64,000 nt of DNA from the human T2T-CHM13v2.0 reference genome, Homo sapiens: the NCBI RefSeq assembly GCF_009914755.1, contig NC_060931.1, one strand, 5' to 3'. Position numbers and translations under genes: made by a program. Shown piece after piece: positions 11,733 through 25,479 of the stretch. Within the stretch, counting starts at the first letter, position 1, and each line of letters begins with the position of its first letter. The notes beneath the pieces are model-generated. The model made no database searches. It worked only from the letters and a program-made list of their open reading frames with translations, and was not told the DNA's origin.

Positions 11733-14700
11733 ATATTTCATTATTTTTAAGATATCCATTCAGGCTACAGGATACACCAATATCCAGCTTCTGTCTTTCT
11801 CTATAGCATTTCAATATTCATTGCCTGATTTAAAAAAAAGACGTTAGAGGCAATAAAATCCAACTCACTAAGCACTAAACATGTTTGAATTTTTTTTTTA
11901 TATACCAAAGAATACCTTCCCAGCAGCCGTCATTTTCCTTGCAATGAATCTCATCCAGCTTTTGGACAATCCTTGTCATAAAAACAAGTTCTGTCTAAAA
12001 TCTTCCTGCATTTCAGTACTTCAGGAGATGTACTGAGAATTATGCCTTTGGTTGACATGTCTAGAAGCTGAAAGAAAAGTAGGCTACTTCTTCCTTGAAA
12101 ATCAGGTTTAAACATTTTCAATCAATAAGATATGTGATTTTGCCAATCTGTCACTCACTCTCCCTCTGGAAATTAGCCAGTCATTATCACCCATATTTTC
12201 AAGTTTAGAAGTTTTAATTGGACTACACAATAAGAGAGCAATTTAAAAATGACCAAGGAGAAATATGGATATTTAATGAAATATAGATTTTGGAAATATG
12301 TGCTTCCTAATGCCCTTTTATGACCAATGATATTTACCCTTTTGAGGAAATATCAAATAGAGAAGTGTGATTTATTTCTCAATATGCACAGTTCTAAGTA
12401 TTTTTATTATTCTAACTATACTCTGATCATTTACTGTTTCTTGAAAAATGCTAATTTCCCTTTTTGCAGAATAATTCCATGTTCCTTAGTAGAGCATTGT
12501 AAGCGACACATTTTGTTTGGGTAAATAAATGTTTATGTCAGAATTCTTCCTGAGTATCAGAGAAGTAAAAATATACATTTTTTATTTACTCTATAACACA
12601 ATAATCCTAAAACAGTTTGAAAGTGAAATACATGATGAAATAAATTTGCCTCACATGTTGTAAATATTCAATGAAAGCTTGAGTGAATAAATGAATGAAT
12701 CAATTAAAAAGTTTAATTAACAATTCCCCTTTTGAACTTAATATGGGGAGATGCCTCAGAAAAAATATGATACAAATTTAATTTGACTTTTTCCCACTCT
12801 TGTTTGAGACTTGCTTTCTGATTCACTGGTTGTTAAGCTTATTATCAGTCCTGGTAAATCAGGTCTAAGTGCCAATCAAAACACAGCCTTTTGTAAAGAA
12901 GATTGAAACTGTGTAAAAGTGTCATAAAATGTGGGCCTCGGGTCATGACTCTACTCAAGTTCTGAGGGACAGTTACTAAATTCTCAGTGACCTGGAAATC
13001 AAAGAAGGCAAGTCATGAACAAAATGTGTTTTTGAGTAAAATAAGGTGCCAGCAAAGTCAAGCATTTTAACTTCTCCATTATCCTTTTATTTTTTAATAT
13101 GGAAAGAAATTATTGATTCATTATAAACACCAACTTTTTTACTTGCATAAAATATTACTTTTTTGTATAATTAGTATCATGCCAAAATTGAATAAATTTG
13201 GGGAGAAATTAAAAGGATTACCTCTAAAGAATATACTGAAGAGAATAACAATAGGCCTAAGCAGAAATGAGAGATAAATCACTTCCGTCACTTAGATACC
13301 CTATGTCCAGGAATATATTAAGGAAAAAAAAAAACACCTCCATTAGAAGAATTATTTGGCCTTGGGTAGAAAACCTAATTAAGAATTTATTTACTTTATG
13401 TCAATTACATAATTTAAAAATATTTTAAATAGTCATAAATAATTAACATACAAATAACAAACGTATTAAAATACATACATTCATGTGTCTTACCACACAT
13501 ACATGTCTATAGTGGCAAAATACTGAATTAAAGTGATTATTCAGATGATTAACAATGAAATCTACTTCATATCCTTTACTCAACACTATTAAACGAGTTT
13601 CTATCACCTGTGGAATAAAGTTCAAATCCTTCTAGGCTACACCTACTAAGCTGCAATGCTTTTACCAGTTGGAACAAGTATTTATTGAAGGTAGATCAAT
13701 GAAATATCACTCTCTGATTCCTTTGTCTTTCATAGTCCTCCAAATGGTATTGGAATGCCTTTATTTGAAAAATTAAGTGGTAGAGTTTTACAGTATTTTC
13801 TTATACCAATATTTTATAGAAATAGGAAAATTACAATTCTAAAAACTTCTATCCAACTTTCTTCAGCCATGATCACACAATTGATTATAATTAGGCCTCC
13901 GTTTTGTGCACCTCTGCAGTGATTCACTTACAGCTTGATTGGGCTGCATCTCCATCTAGTAACCATGATTAGGTCAAATATCCTTGATTGGATCTTTCTT
14001 TTGTAACAGTAAGCCTCGCTCTCATTGATGGACTCATGCCCCTCCCTAGACGCCCTCAACCATCAGATGAGTAATTTTCCTATAAATAACTCACCTACTG
14101 CTTTATTTATTGTATATGCTTATTGTAGAAAAAGTTTAAATGTAGAAATACATGGAGAAGAAAATGAAAATCTAAATACATCCGTACCAAGGAACAATTA
14201 TTCTAAACATGTTGCTGCAGTACATTCTCCTGCTCATATTGAATTGAGGTATCAGGGCGTTCGGTCCACTGCATGTGTTTATATATCAGAAGCATTTCTG
14301 GTGTCACTGCAATCTCCCCATACTCTATGACATGCACCACACAAAATGGAAAAAATATTAATTTATTTTGTAATTCAACCCTCAGATTAATTAATATTTA
14401 TTGATTCCCTACCACTATTTTAGGCTCTGGGCTCATACCTGGGAACAAAAAAACTATACTTACTTGTCATATTATATATTTAAGTGCATACTAAATATAT
14501 ATAATATATATACTTAAATGTATAATATAATATAAAATATATAATAAATATATAATATGACAAATAGGCTGATAAATGCTACAGAGAGAATACAGCCCAT
14601 TAAGGTAATGTAAGCAATGTTAAATCTGTGCAATAAAATTATACATAATTATATCTTTAACTTTTTGCACAAGAAAAAGTTAGACACGTGTGTTTAATAA

Positions 14701-15624
14701 ATAAGCTTTCAGCCCAACTTTTATGATATATATGCATGTATAGAAACACACACGTATAAACACTTATATTCTCTAGTTTTCATCAGTAAAATTTTGTTTA
14801 TATGTTGTGCTCTTCTCCCCAAAGAGATAAGTTTGAGATCCACCACGAAATAATTCTTCCCAAGATTGAAACCACATTCTAGAATACTCACACAGTATCA
14901 AGCCCTCATTGCAGTAATTTATCCATTTCCTGTCTGTAATCAATTTATAAGCATGCTTTTTTCCTATAAAATAGGGATTTTTATAGTACTATTTTTCTTA
15001 GAAACATTTTGCTTTAGTAACTGGCAACGTTCAGTTTCTTCACCTGAGTGGTGGTTGCATATTTTTGTTCCCTTTGGTAAGTCACCAAGGCTTATATCTG
15101 TATACAGATGCCTCTTGAACATTGGGTTTCAAGAGACAAATTTGTTGTGTACTTTAACACAGTTAATGTTCCAGCCATAGTATGGGCTCTGGACGGAAGC
15201 CAAACACACCCACAGTCCAGGTGCCTTAGAGTCTATTTTCTCCCTTTCTCTTAGGGAAAATGAATCAAGCACTGATAATATCCAGGTTATTCAAATAATT
15301 ATGATGTAATTATTATTACACATTATTATATATTATACCTATTATTATACATTATACATTAATGGTAATACATTATACATATTATGATGTAATAGCTGCA
15401 GACTTAAGAGAAGAGGGATTTTCCTGAACCACATCCTACCCTGCCCCCATGTCAGGGCTCCTCCTGGATACAGCAGCAGGGACTAAATTGGCCACGCTCC
15501 CCTGGGCAGTCCCCGTGAACTGGTCATTTTTTCCCTGGAATTGTGCTACGCCTGCACTACCATAATTCCTACTTATCCTAGGAAAGGACAACAAGACAAA
15601 TTCCAAAGTGGGTATTTTTTAAAA

Positions 15625-15795
15625 TTTCAATTCTATATTTTATTCAATATACCCAAAATTATTTTATTTTAACATTTAACAGTTTATTTATTTTTATAAT
15701 TTATTTAATAAATTATTTTTCTTTTAATTTATTTATAATTATAATTATTATTTAACATTTAATCAATATAAAAATATTAATGAGATATTTTTATG
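15625..15795. mobile_element. MER3/MER33-like hAT fragment with AT-rich insertion
   Basis: 'caatatacccaaaattatt...aacatttaatcaatataaaaatattaatgagatatttt'. Confidence 0.55.
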
Positions 15796-15796
15796 T

Positions 15797-16163
15797 TTTT
15801 AATTTTAACTTCTATTTAGATTCAGGGGTACATGTGCAGGTTTGCTACATGGGCACATTGTGTGACACTGAGGTTTGGGGCACAAATAATTCCATCACTC
15901 AAGTAGTAAGCATAGTACCCAATAGGTAGTTTTCTAATCCTTCCTTCCTTTCTTCTTCTCACCTCTTGTAGTTCCCAGTGCCTATTATTCCCATCTTTAT
16001 GTCCATGAGTACCCAATACTTAGCTCCCACTTATAAGTGAAAACATACAATATTTGGTTTTCTATTCCTGAATTAATTTGCTTAGGGTAGTGGCCTCCAG
16101 CTACATCCATGTTGCTGCAAAGGACATGATTTCATTCTTTTTTATGGCTGCATAGTATTCCGT
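15797..16163 (-). mobile_element. L1 3' end fragment (L1PA15/16-like)
   Basis: 'ggggtacatgtgcaggtttgctacatggg...agcatagtacccaataggtag...atggctgcatagtattcc'. Confidence 0.88.
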
Positions 16164-17649
16164 GCCAACACCAGGTGTTTTGTGAATTAGAAGCAGTTAA
16201 GTTTCAGTTTCATACCTAAGAGTGACCACTAGGGTGCATGAGATTAATGTCTTCTTAGCTTATGTTCTGCATTCACTTTCTACTTATGGTGGCTACTTTC
16301 TCAAAAGCAATTTCTCTTTTCTTTTTTCTCCAAATCATGGAAAAGCAGAAGACTACACTGAGAAAGCTCTATGAAGTCAGGCACCTTTGATTCTCAGATG
16401 TATCCCAAATGCCTAGAATGGTGGCTGTTTTGTAGCAGATGCTTACTGAATATTTATAGATTTACTGGCTCGGTGGAGCTTACCATGCTCAGCATAGAGA
16501 AGTCCATTATGCTAGTGGAATTGCAAGAGCAGTTAAGGCTGTGAATTCTGACTGGGAGTCACTTTCACCTTGTCCTATAAATACTCACCTATCGTTGTTG
16601 CCAATACTGTCTTATTATTTCCATTTTCAGTTATTTCAGTGAAATATTAATTGTAGAAAAACTGTGGAGGGAGAATACATTGATATATTGCGGTTATATT
16701 AATCAGTGTGATCCCTTTCCTCTGCCCACGTCTTCATTATACCTGCTACCCTGAGCTCCTGGGGGTCTGAGTGCTGATAAGGGCAGCCAGACCACTGGGC
16801 TCAACTATGCTACTGGGGAAGATTTTTAATAGTGTAAAGTGTGAGCAATTCAAATTCTTGGCTCTTGCATTTTAAATTCTGAGGTGCTGCCGTAGATTTA
16901 AAAAAAAATTGAATGATATGTGGCATATAACAGAATAAGAAAAATTCCTCCAGCTGACAAAAAGAAAAAAGCCCAAGAAGAAGTTATAATGAGGTACTGG
17001 AAGATTTTCCTGAGGAGAGAGTGTCTTCCAGTCCATCAGGTGCTAGTTCATCAACTAGCAATGGGAGAAATCCCAGAGAGGATTCTGGAATATGTAACTG
17101 TGGCTAATAATTAGTATTTATCTTTTCACACTTCATTTTCTATGTGCATGAATGCAAGTATTGTTTGTTTAGCCAACAAGTGCTTCCAACACACCTATTT
17201 TATAACTTAATTTTTAAGATATAAAAAAGTCGCATTTTTCAGTTAATAAACATGTTAATTTTCATGAAATCTTAACTTTATTCATTAATATAAATAAACA
17301 GAATTGGAAGAGATAGGCTACAGAGTGTGAATGTCACCAAATGCTCTTTATGGAACTATTAATAATTTAAACTCACCAGAAAGAAGCATCCTCTTCACTC
17401 CCAATTATCCCATTAATCCTAGAAGCTGCTTATTTTAATCAACATCTATTTGAAACAAATGGTATCTGATTGGATTTCCAATTACATTTCTGAGATCATA
17501 TGTGTGGTTGTGTATTTTTGTATATACTAATTAAGTATTCCTATTTCATATTTTGAAAGTTGATTGACATTGGCCTTTTAGTCTATGTTGCATTGGTCTT
17601 CTGAGCAAGTTGGATGAAATCTTAACTAGTAGGGATATTACTCTAGTGG

Positions 17650-18380
17650 TTAATCTAAACATAATCTACCATTTACATTGATATAACTTCTAAAGACTAT
17701 GGATAGATAGTCTTTGAGCTTTATTTATGGTATTTTTAATGTACATATTTTAAAGTGTAGGTATTCACATCAATCTTTAAAATATATGTGTGTGTACATA
17801 TATGGTTTTTGCCTTTGGTGCTTTGCTTTGAAAAACTTTGGCTAGCCAATGATGATGCAGAAAATCAGTTATAAATGCTTCCATTTTTATAATAACAGTG
17901 TTACATTTTATGTACAAAATTTTAGAATCTAATTTTATTCTTTTACAGTTGGTAATTTCATTATCACAACCCTCAGTTGGGCTGCCATTCTATTTTCCCC
18001 CAATTGTATTTGTGTCTGGAATTGTTTGCAAAAGTTCTGTTCTGTTAAATTAATCTCACTGCTTATTCCTGTTCGCAGTATTTTAATTATTTTAGTTTTA
18101 GTACACATTGTAATATCTGGTTAGACTATAACTCCCTCATATTACTTCATAAATGTCCCTTCCTGTCTTTTGTATTTATTTCTCTAGATAAACTTTAGAA
18201 TACTGTTTTTGAATTCCAATTTTTTTCTATAATTTTTGCCACAGTATTAATTATACAAGCTTATTTGAACAAAAGTGATTTTTTCTCCATATAGAGAATG
18301 TGTTATTCCATTTATTCACATTTTCTATTATATCTATTAACAAAATCCTGTCTTTTTTTATTTTCCTTATTTCCTTGTTA
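17650..18380 (-). mobile_element. Old L1M ORF2 remnant
   Basis: T-rich antisense L1-like text ('aaactttagaat', 'ttattccatttatt'). Confidence 0.5.
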
Positions 18381-18384
18381 CTAG

Positions 18385-19080
18385 TTTTTCAACAAACATT
18401 ATGCACCTAATGTGTTCTAGGCCCTGGACTAGCCACTGGCAGACAGCTAGAGTCTTTACACAAGAGCAGCTTGGCTTTTCTGTTTCAAGTATAGAGATTG
18501 CTGGTCAATAAGGATACTAAGTGATTTATTACAATACAGCAGAAGAAATTATTAGAGAGTCCATGAAAAAATGCTATGAGAACAAACAATGGGAGAACCT
18601 AAGCTAATGGGTTGGAGGGCCAGAAGAGACACATTAGAGCTGGAGCCTGGAGGATTAGCAGGAGTTGAGCATACCAGGAGAAATAGGAACCAAGGAGAAG
18701 AGGGGAGGGGCTCTGGAGAGAGGGAGCGTCATGAAGGCCAGGTGCCTGTGAGACCATAGAGCGCAGAAGAGCATCAGCTGGAACAGAGGCAAGGGGAAGG
18801 TGAAAGATGAAGCTGGAGATGGGGGTGGAGCCAGAGGTTCAACAACTGTCTGTATTGTGCCATCACAGGAGGTCAGAGTGGATTTCATGGCATGATCATA
18901 TTTGCATTTTTGAAAATGTTCTCTAATTAAGGTGCTGACAATTACTTGGAATGGATCAGGCATACAAAGACCCTTTAAGAAATTATTGTAAAGATTCAGG
19001 CAAGACAATGATGAACTGGAGTAGAGTAGGGTCAGTAGGGATGAGAAAGAGGCAGTGTTAGCTAAAACTTTATTCCTAGT
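18385..19080 (-). mobile_element. L2 LINE remnant
   Basis: 'caacaaacattatgcacctaatgtgttctaggccctgg' and 'catgatcatatttgcatttttgaaa'. Confidence 0.6.
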
Positions 19081-19864
19081 CACAGAGGCAGAGTCTAGGA
19101 CACATCAGTGAAAAATTGTATCTATTCCCACAAGGTAATAAAATAGATAACAATGTAACTGCACCAAAGCTGCCGGTTCCCCTGCATCTTATGAGCTTGG
19201 TAAGCCCCAGCTAATGGATCTTTTTAATTGTGCGGACAAGAAAATGGGATAAGAGGTACTCTTCCAGGGGACTTCATGAGACCATAGCCACTGATCTAAG
19301 ACAAATCAGTACTAATTTTAGCACATCATTTGGAATAATTTCTTAATAGCCTTGAGTCAAAAATTATAACTGGCTACTTTATTTAGACTAAGTATTCTAC
19401 TTGTCTCCATTTTCATGTAAATGCAAAAAATAAAAAAGTTGGCCAAGTTAGAAATAAAAATCTTGAAATCAATAAAAATCTTTAATTAATCAAGTTCAAA
19501 ATAATCTTGATACATATTTCTTGAATAATGAGCAAATACATTTATTAACAAACCTTAGAATAAAAATCTTGAATAGTTATTAAATACATATATTAACGTT
19601 CGTAATGTTTCATTGGCTTTGTTATTACATTTTTTATTTTGGAAATAATCAGCACACATAAAATCCAATAGAAATAGCTCACAAAAAGAAACACATCACT
19701 TATAAATGTATAAACCCTGAGTAAAACAATAAGAAAATGCCTACGTATTAAGATTTTAAAAATTAGAAATGGATTAAAATTAGGAAACCTGTTATAATTT
19801 ATATGACCAACTAAGAAGACACAGATAAGTTATGCAATAAAGTTCAAACATCACAGGGAGAAAG

Positions 19865-19900
19865 GTGATACCAGACAGTAATGTGATACCAGACAGTAAT
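19865..19900. repeat. Perfect 18-bp tandem duplication
   Basis: gtgataccagacagtaat x2. Confidence 0.95.
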
Positions 19901-19911
19901 GCAAGATTTAA

Positions 19912-20135
19912 GGGTACAACAGAGATAGCAGAGTAGGGTGACAATAGGTAAAAACAATGCATTGTATTTTTCAAAATACCTAGAAGAAAGGACTTGAAAT
20001 GTACCCAACACATAGAAATGATAAATACTTGGGTGACAGGGGCTCTAAATACCCTGACTTGATCATTACACATTCTATGCATCCAACAAAACTCCACATA
20101 CACCAAGTATAATGTGTCAAAACTACATTTTACAA
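19912..20135 (+). mobile_element. L1MA 3' UTR fragment
   Basis: 'gtagggtgacaatagg...aaatgataaatacttggg...accctgacttgatcattacacatt'. Confidence 0.8.
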
Positions 20136-23100
20136 AGTTAAATGAACAGAGTAGGAAACATAGTTGTTTATGGGGTTTGTGCTTTACCCCAAGTAAAATG
20201 CATCATAAAAAACCTATAATGATGATAAAAATTTATTGATAAAATGTTTGTCTTTGTTTAAAGAAAGGTATAATGTAGCACAATGAAGCCTAAAAATCAG
20301 CATTAACAGCAGACTTTTCTCAAAAGATTTTCACCAACTTCATGCTCACATCTTCCCTGTCAGCCTGATGCTGCCCAGCCAGCCCGGTGTAATCAAGTGT
20401 CCCGTTCGTGATTTATGACCAGTTTTTAACACTGTCACTCTCCCTTAGCAAGACCACTTTTCTGGACAGGTGAGTTAGTGGGGAATGGGACACTCGGAAA
20501 CTGCCTGTTCAGCACCTGGGTTTGCAGCTGTGCTCAATCACTGCTGTCTCTCCAAAGCCGCTCCAAGGCCCTGGCTAAAGAGGCGCTGGCACTGGCAGTG
20601 ACAAATGAGGGGTTCTTGGCAATTGCCCATTAGGTAGTGAAAGGCAAGAGGAGTCAGAACTTTGACACATGGAACTGGTGCTTATAGTATCACCTTCATA
20701 TGAGCCCTATCTGTTTCATGGTTGCAAGAGGAGTGGCATTTCTAAGAGCAGACAGGATCCCTCTACATAGCATTTACTGCAGAGGCTTTGCATCGAGTCC
20801 ACCAATGACAAGTTGCCTTCCACTAGCTGGACAGCACCCTCATTGTGGCATTGTGTGGTGGCCTTTCAAAAGACATTTAGCATCTCCCTTCAGCTTACTT
20901 TTGCATTAAAATTAGACACTACTTTGAAATATGAAATAGCTGAAGTAACTAATTTGCAATGCTTCAGTGAGAAGTTTGCCAACCCTAATTAACTGCTCTA
21001 GTCTCCCACAATTTTTTTCATTTGGCCCAGAAATATGTCTATAAGAATTGTGAAGAGAAATTTAGCCTTATTAGTGTCACAGTTGGTAACAAAGAGGCAA
21101 GTAGAAAAATCAAACCTTACTCAGAGTGGATGTTTCAACCAAAGCTGAAACAAAGGATGTGCACCCAGAATATCACTGCCATTTGCCATTTATTAGCTGA
21201 TGATACAGATACATGTTTTTCTTCTTGTATATCACATTCTACTTTCTGAGTTTTCCAAAATGCTTGAAACCAAAGGTAAATTTATTCCCAAAAAAAAAAA
21301 AACAGAGGGCTTTTAAAATGTTTTCCCAAATATTTGTGACTCGGCATAGGAATTTGTTGTGTTTTCCTCCCAAGGGGTACTATGAAAATCAAAAAGAGAA
21401 ACAAGGAAAAGCACTTAAGTAAAAAAAAAAAAAAATCCTTCTTTCTGTCTCAAATTATTTAATACCTTTCCCTACTGTTCAATTACACGTGCACCTCAAA
21501 GTCAGTAAATGATTCATATTTGTTTTCTCTACCAATTAACTAAAGTTAATCCTATTTGACTTAACTTCCCTGAGAGATGCAGAAATGTATTATTCTATAG
21601 CAATGACTATTTCATCCTGTGTTCTTAGTCACTCAGATTTTACTACAAATTTCTTGTTTTCTTATAGCATTTCATAGTATGTGAAATTTCCATTCCTAGT
21701 AGCAAATGATAATGCTATTTGCAATGCTCTTTTAATGAATTTGTCTTTACAGACCAATTGAAATGAGAGAAAAAAGCCTTAGCAATATTCGTACTGTCAG
21801 TGTTTGTTCTGGAAGAGAAAGAAATTGCCTTTCATCTAAGACAGAACAAGGGTCCATAACATGGGTGGGTGCCCCCAGCACTCATGGTTGGGCACCCTTT
21901 GCAGGCTCAGTCCTGCTGGGATGCTCTGTTGTCCTAACAGAGGAGTCCCGGTTTGTACAGGAATTTGATACTCTTATCCAAGGTGTGCAAAAACTATCTT
22001 CTGTTTAAAGGTTGCCATACTATCTTACACATTCTGTGTTTAGGTTTGTCCTACTTCACATTTTGCTACAGTATCAGGCTTTGTTTATTTTTGAGTCTGA
22101 AATGAGCAGAAAGACACAAATCTCACTTTAGATTGTACAGGTTGTTCCTAAGTATATTTTACATGCATTTAATATCAAAGTTAAAAAGTAGCACTTCTTG
22201 GCTCCCTTTTATAAAATATGAGCACTTTAGTATGTTTGCTCCCACACACATGCACTTCACCATTGTTTTGGCCTACAACAACGTAATACTCCTCACATGC
22301 CTACTATTTAAAACTGTCTTTCAGAGAAGAACTATATTGCTTGGAAGCCCAAATCTTTGCTTCCATGTTTATGCCATGCATTCTCCCCACTCGTTCTATG
22401 ATGAATTATTCAAAATAAGAACAGTACATCATGTGGCAACTCTTACCCTTTCAAAAATTCCACCAAAATGCTATAATGTGCAAAATTAGTGGAAACTGTA
22501 TTATCCCTGGACACTAAGTGCTTACTGTTGTCTTGTAGCATTTTGTTTGCACTGTTGGTGTAAGTGGGCAGATGTAGGGCCTCCCTCCTCACTTGCAGGA
22601 AAGAGTAATGAGGTGTTCTCACGGGAAGGAGAGCCCACACACAGCAGACAGCATTAGTCATCCATGGGAGGATAACAGGGTTCTGTCAGTGTTTGTTTGA
22701 CAACACCCAACCCCAGGAACTGTGACCCCAGTCTCATCGCAGAGAACCTGACTGGACTGTGAGTGCAATGTAACATCTACAAGCCTAATTAATTACAGTG
22801 AATTGTGTTGGTGTGCAAACACTGTTGGCATAGACGAGGTAGTCATACTGGAACAAGGCGCACAGCCAGAAGCACCCACGTCCTCAGGAGCCTCTGCTGG
22901 CTCCGAGGGGTGGGACAATGTCCTCTCAAAGACCTGAGCCACAGGTCCCAGTATCAGGCACAATTCCTCTGTAAATCATCAATAGGCAGCCCTTCTCTGC
23001 ATTCCATGTTCACAGCAAATGTCCTGCCACAACTCTGCTTCTGTTTAGTTGACTCACTTAACAAATGCCCTTCCCTGTCCACTCAGACACTCTGTTCTCC

Positions 23101-24009
23101 CGGACAGATGCACTTCTCATCAGGGATTCACAAGGTGCCATTTTGCATCTCACACCCTATGGGGCAGCTTCATGGGAGCCTGGCAGGGAGAAATGAGCCT
23201 TCCCTTGGCTAATTGACAAAACCAGAATTCTGAGAGTAGGAGGCAAGGACCAGACCTTGGGAGTGGCAACCTCCTCACCCTCAATGTCTAAGACCTCTGG
23301 AATCTTCTGGGTAGCCAGCATCTTTGCTTTTCATCCCTTAACTTTTGCCTCTGTGCCACCAAATAATGCCATTTGGACTGCAGTGCCATCAGACACCTGA
23401 AGGAATGTTTGCCATAAATAGTGCCAATAGGACAGGATTAGGAAAATGTTTATGATACCAAGTAAATTCTGAGCCAGGTCTTGTGCAAGAACATCTTTAC
23501 CAAGCTGTGGTAACTAAACTGGGCTACCTTACTTTGGTGAGCAACTTTTTTGAGAAACGTTTTTTGGCTTCCTTCTTGTCTGATCTTTTTCCCATGGCTA
23601 CTCTTGGCCACCCCCGCAAGTGTATCTAAGTTCAGATCATGGGCCACGGTCTCAGTCATTTCCCTCAGGGGCTTGGGATGCAACTATTTATTCTTTTAAT
23701 AAATTAATAATGATTCTTCATGACATGCAAAATAAATTGTTTTTATTTAGGATCCTTGACCCATTCTTTGATAATTTTAACCCTGAGGACTTTTCCAGAA
23801 TCATCTCTTTCATTACATAGGGCATTTCATTATTTAACAGAACTGAACTACAAAAATTCCCTGAGCATAGCAAGACGTTTTACAGTACTTTTTCCTGCAT
23901 ACTCTCCTTCTGCACAAATATCACCCCCTTTCTCCTTGTTCTCTCCTAGGCGAACACTGTAGACCCCAAATACAAAGCTCAAGGGGTTAGTTCTTGTTCT
24001 GCTTCCTGC

Positions 24010-24190
24010 TTAATCCACTTTCTTTGCACTTATGCAACCAGGAGCATTTGCTTGCATATCTGTACTGCACTCAGACTGTGAAACTCTTGGACAAAAATCC
24101 CAGATCTTATTCCTTCTTGTTTACCTAGCTTTTGCTACTGGACCTGTGTGAGAGAAAGCATCAGTAAATATTTGTGGGGTTGAATAGGAA
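24010..24190 (+). mobile_element. L2 3' end fragment
   Basis: 'agactgtgaaactcttg...catcagtaaatatttgtggggttgaat'. Confidence 0.55.
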
Positions 24191-25479
24191 AACTGAAGTC
24201 TGGTCTTTATTATGCTCCCACCCCCACCTCCTCCCAAGGGTGACTCCAAGAGCCCTCACTATTTTTCCTGAGCAAACAATAAATGGAAGACCTATTGTGA
24301 TCATTGGCAAGGCAAATAAATGCTGACTTTTCGGTTTGAGGTGCTAAGGGTTTCAATTGGTGAGACATTTGTATACATTGTAAATGGAGCATGAGGAGGC
24401 ACAATTACCGGCATTACTTCTCCCTTTACTTCAGAGAGCCCTGGGCTATGCTGTTTCAGAAAAGGTATTGTTGGGTGGAAAGAATGTGGACCAGCAGATG
24501 TGAAGAGTGGGATCCAGTCCTCTATCTCCCAGGGTCCAGTTTTATGATCTAAACACTTGTTAACCTCTTGGGCTTTTAAAAATTCATAAAATATATAGGA
24601 AATTCCTGTTATTCATGTTTTATATTCCCTTCCAGCTAGACAACTGTCTGCCTCAATAATATTTAATGAAATAATACCACGTAATGGGTAATTTTGTGTT
24701 CAAATCCACGTTTCTCTTTCTTCGCCTACTGAAAGTGTCAAAATAAAATTAATGGCCTGACCTGCAAACTCTCATCATAGCTTTCTTTGGTAAAATGTAG
24801 ATCATCTTCCAATAATCTTGAACAGAATTGAAAGCAAAGTCTACTTAAATCATTTATAGACAACTTTCTTTCCTGCAAATTTCTTTAAAGTTGTTCAAAC
24901 TTTAAATAGAAAACAGGAGATAGAAACTTCTAGGTTGCTTTATCTCCTTAGCTACTGCAAGTATTATGGCAAACAGGACAGATGCCTCCCTGTTAAATTT
25001 GTGTCTTGGTGAAATATATGTGATCATCAAATATAAATAATTTTCCACAGAAAAGGGAGCCTTAACAAGGTGGAGATTTTAGCTTTAATTAATCAAATTA
25101 GAACACTGTTAACACAGAATGCAGTTTCACAAATCTTAACAAAATGGGACTAGTTGGAGAAAAAGTACATGGTTTCTCTTCTCAGGGAAGTTAAGTATAA
25201 GCAAATATAAAGAAAAAAAGCATTCCTCTTTCTTCTGAAGTAATAATATAGATTACAAAATAATACCAAAAACAAAAAACAAAACAGGCAGAAAGCCCAT
25301 AACTCTGGTCCCTAGGGAGAGATTGACTGAGATAAGTACCAAGGTAATTCAAGCCAAGCCTACTTTTGCACAGGTTTATAAGAGGAAAGGAAAAAAATCT
25401 AAGAAGTAATGTCTAAAGAAAGTAGACAAAAAACAGTAACTTACCTAGTATCGAGGTATTTCAAAATATAAGTGGACAT

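Noticed and set aside
22677-22714. Hairpin ggggtt-tgtca...tgaca-aacccc as a pre-miRNA
   Set aside because: The stem is short with a large bulge.
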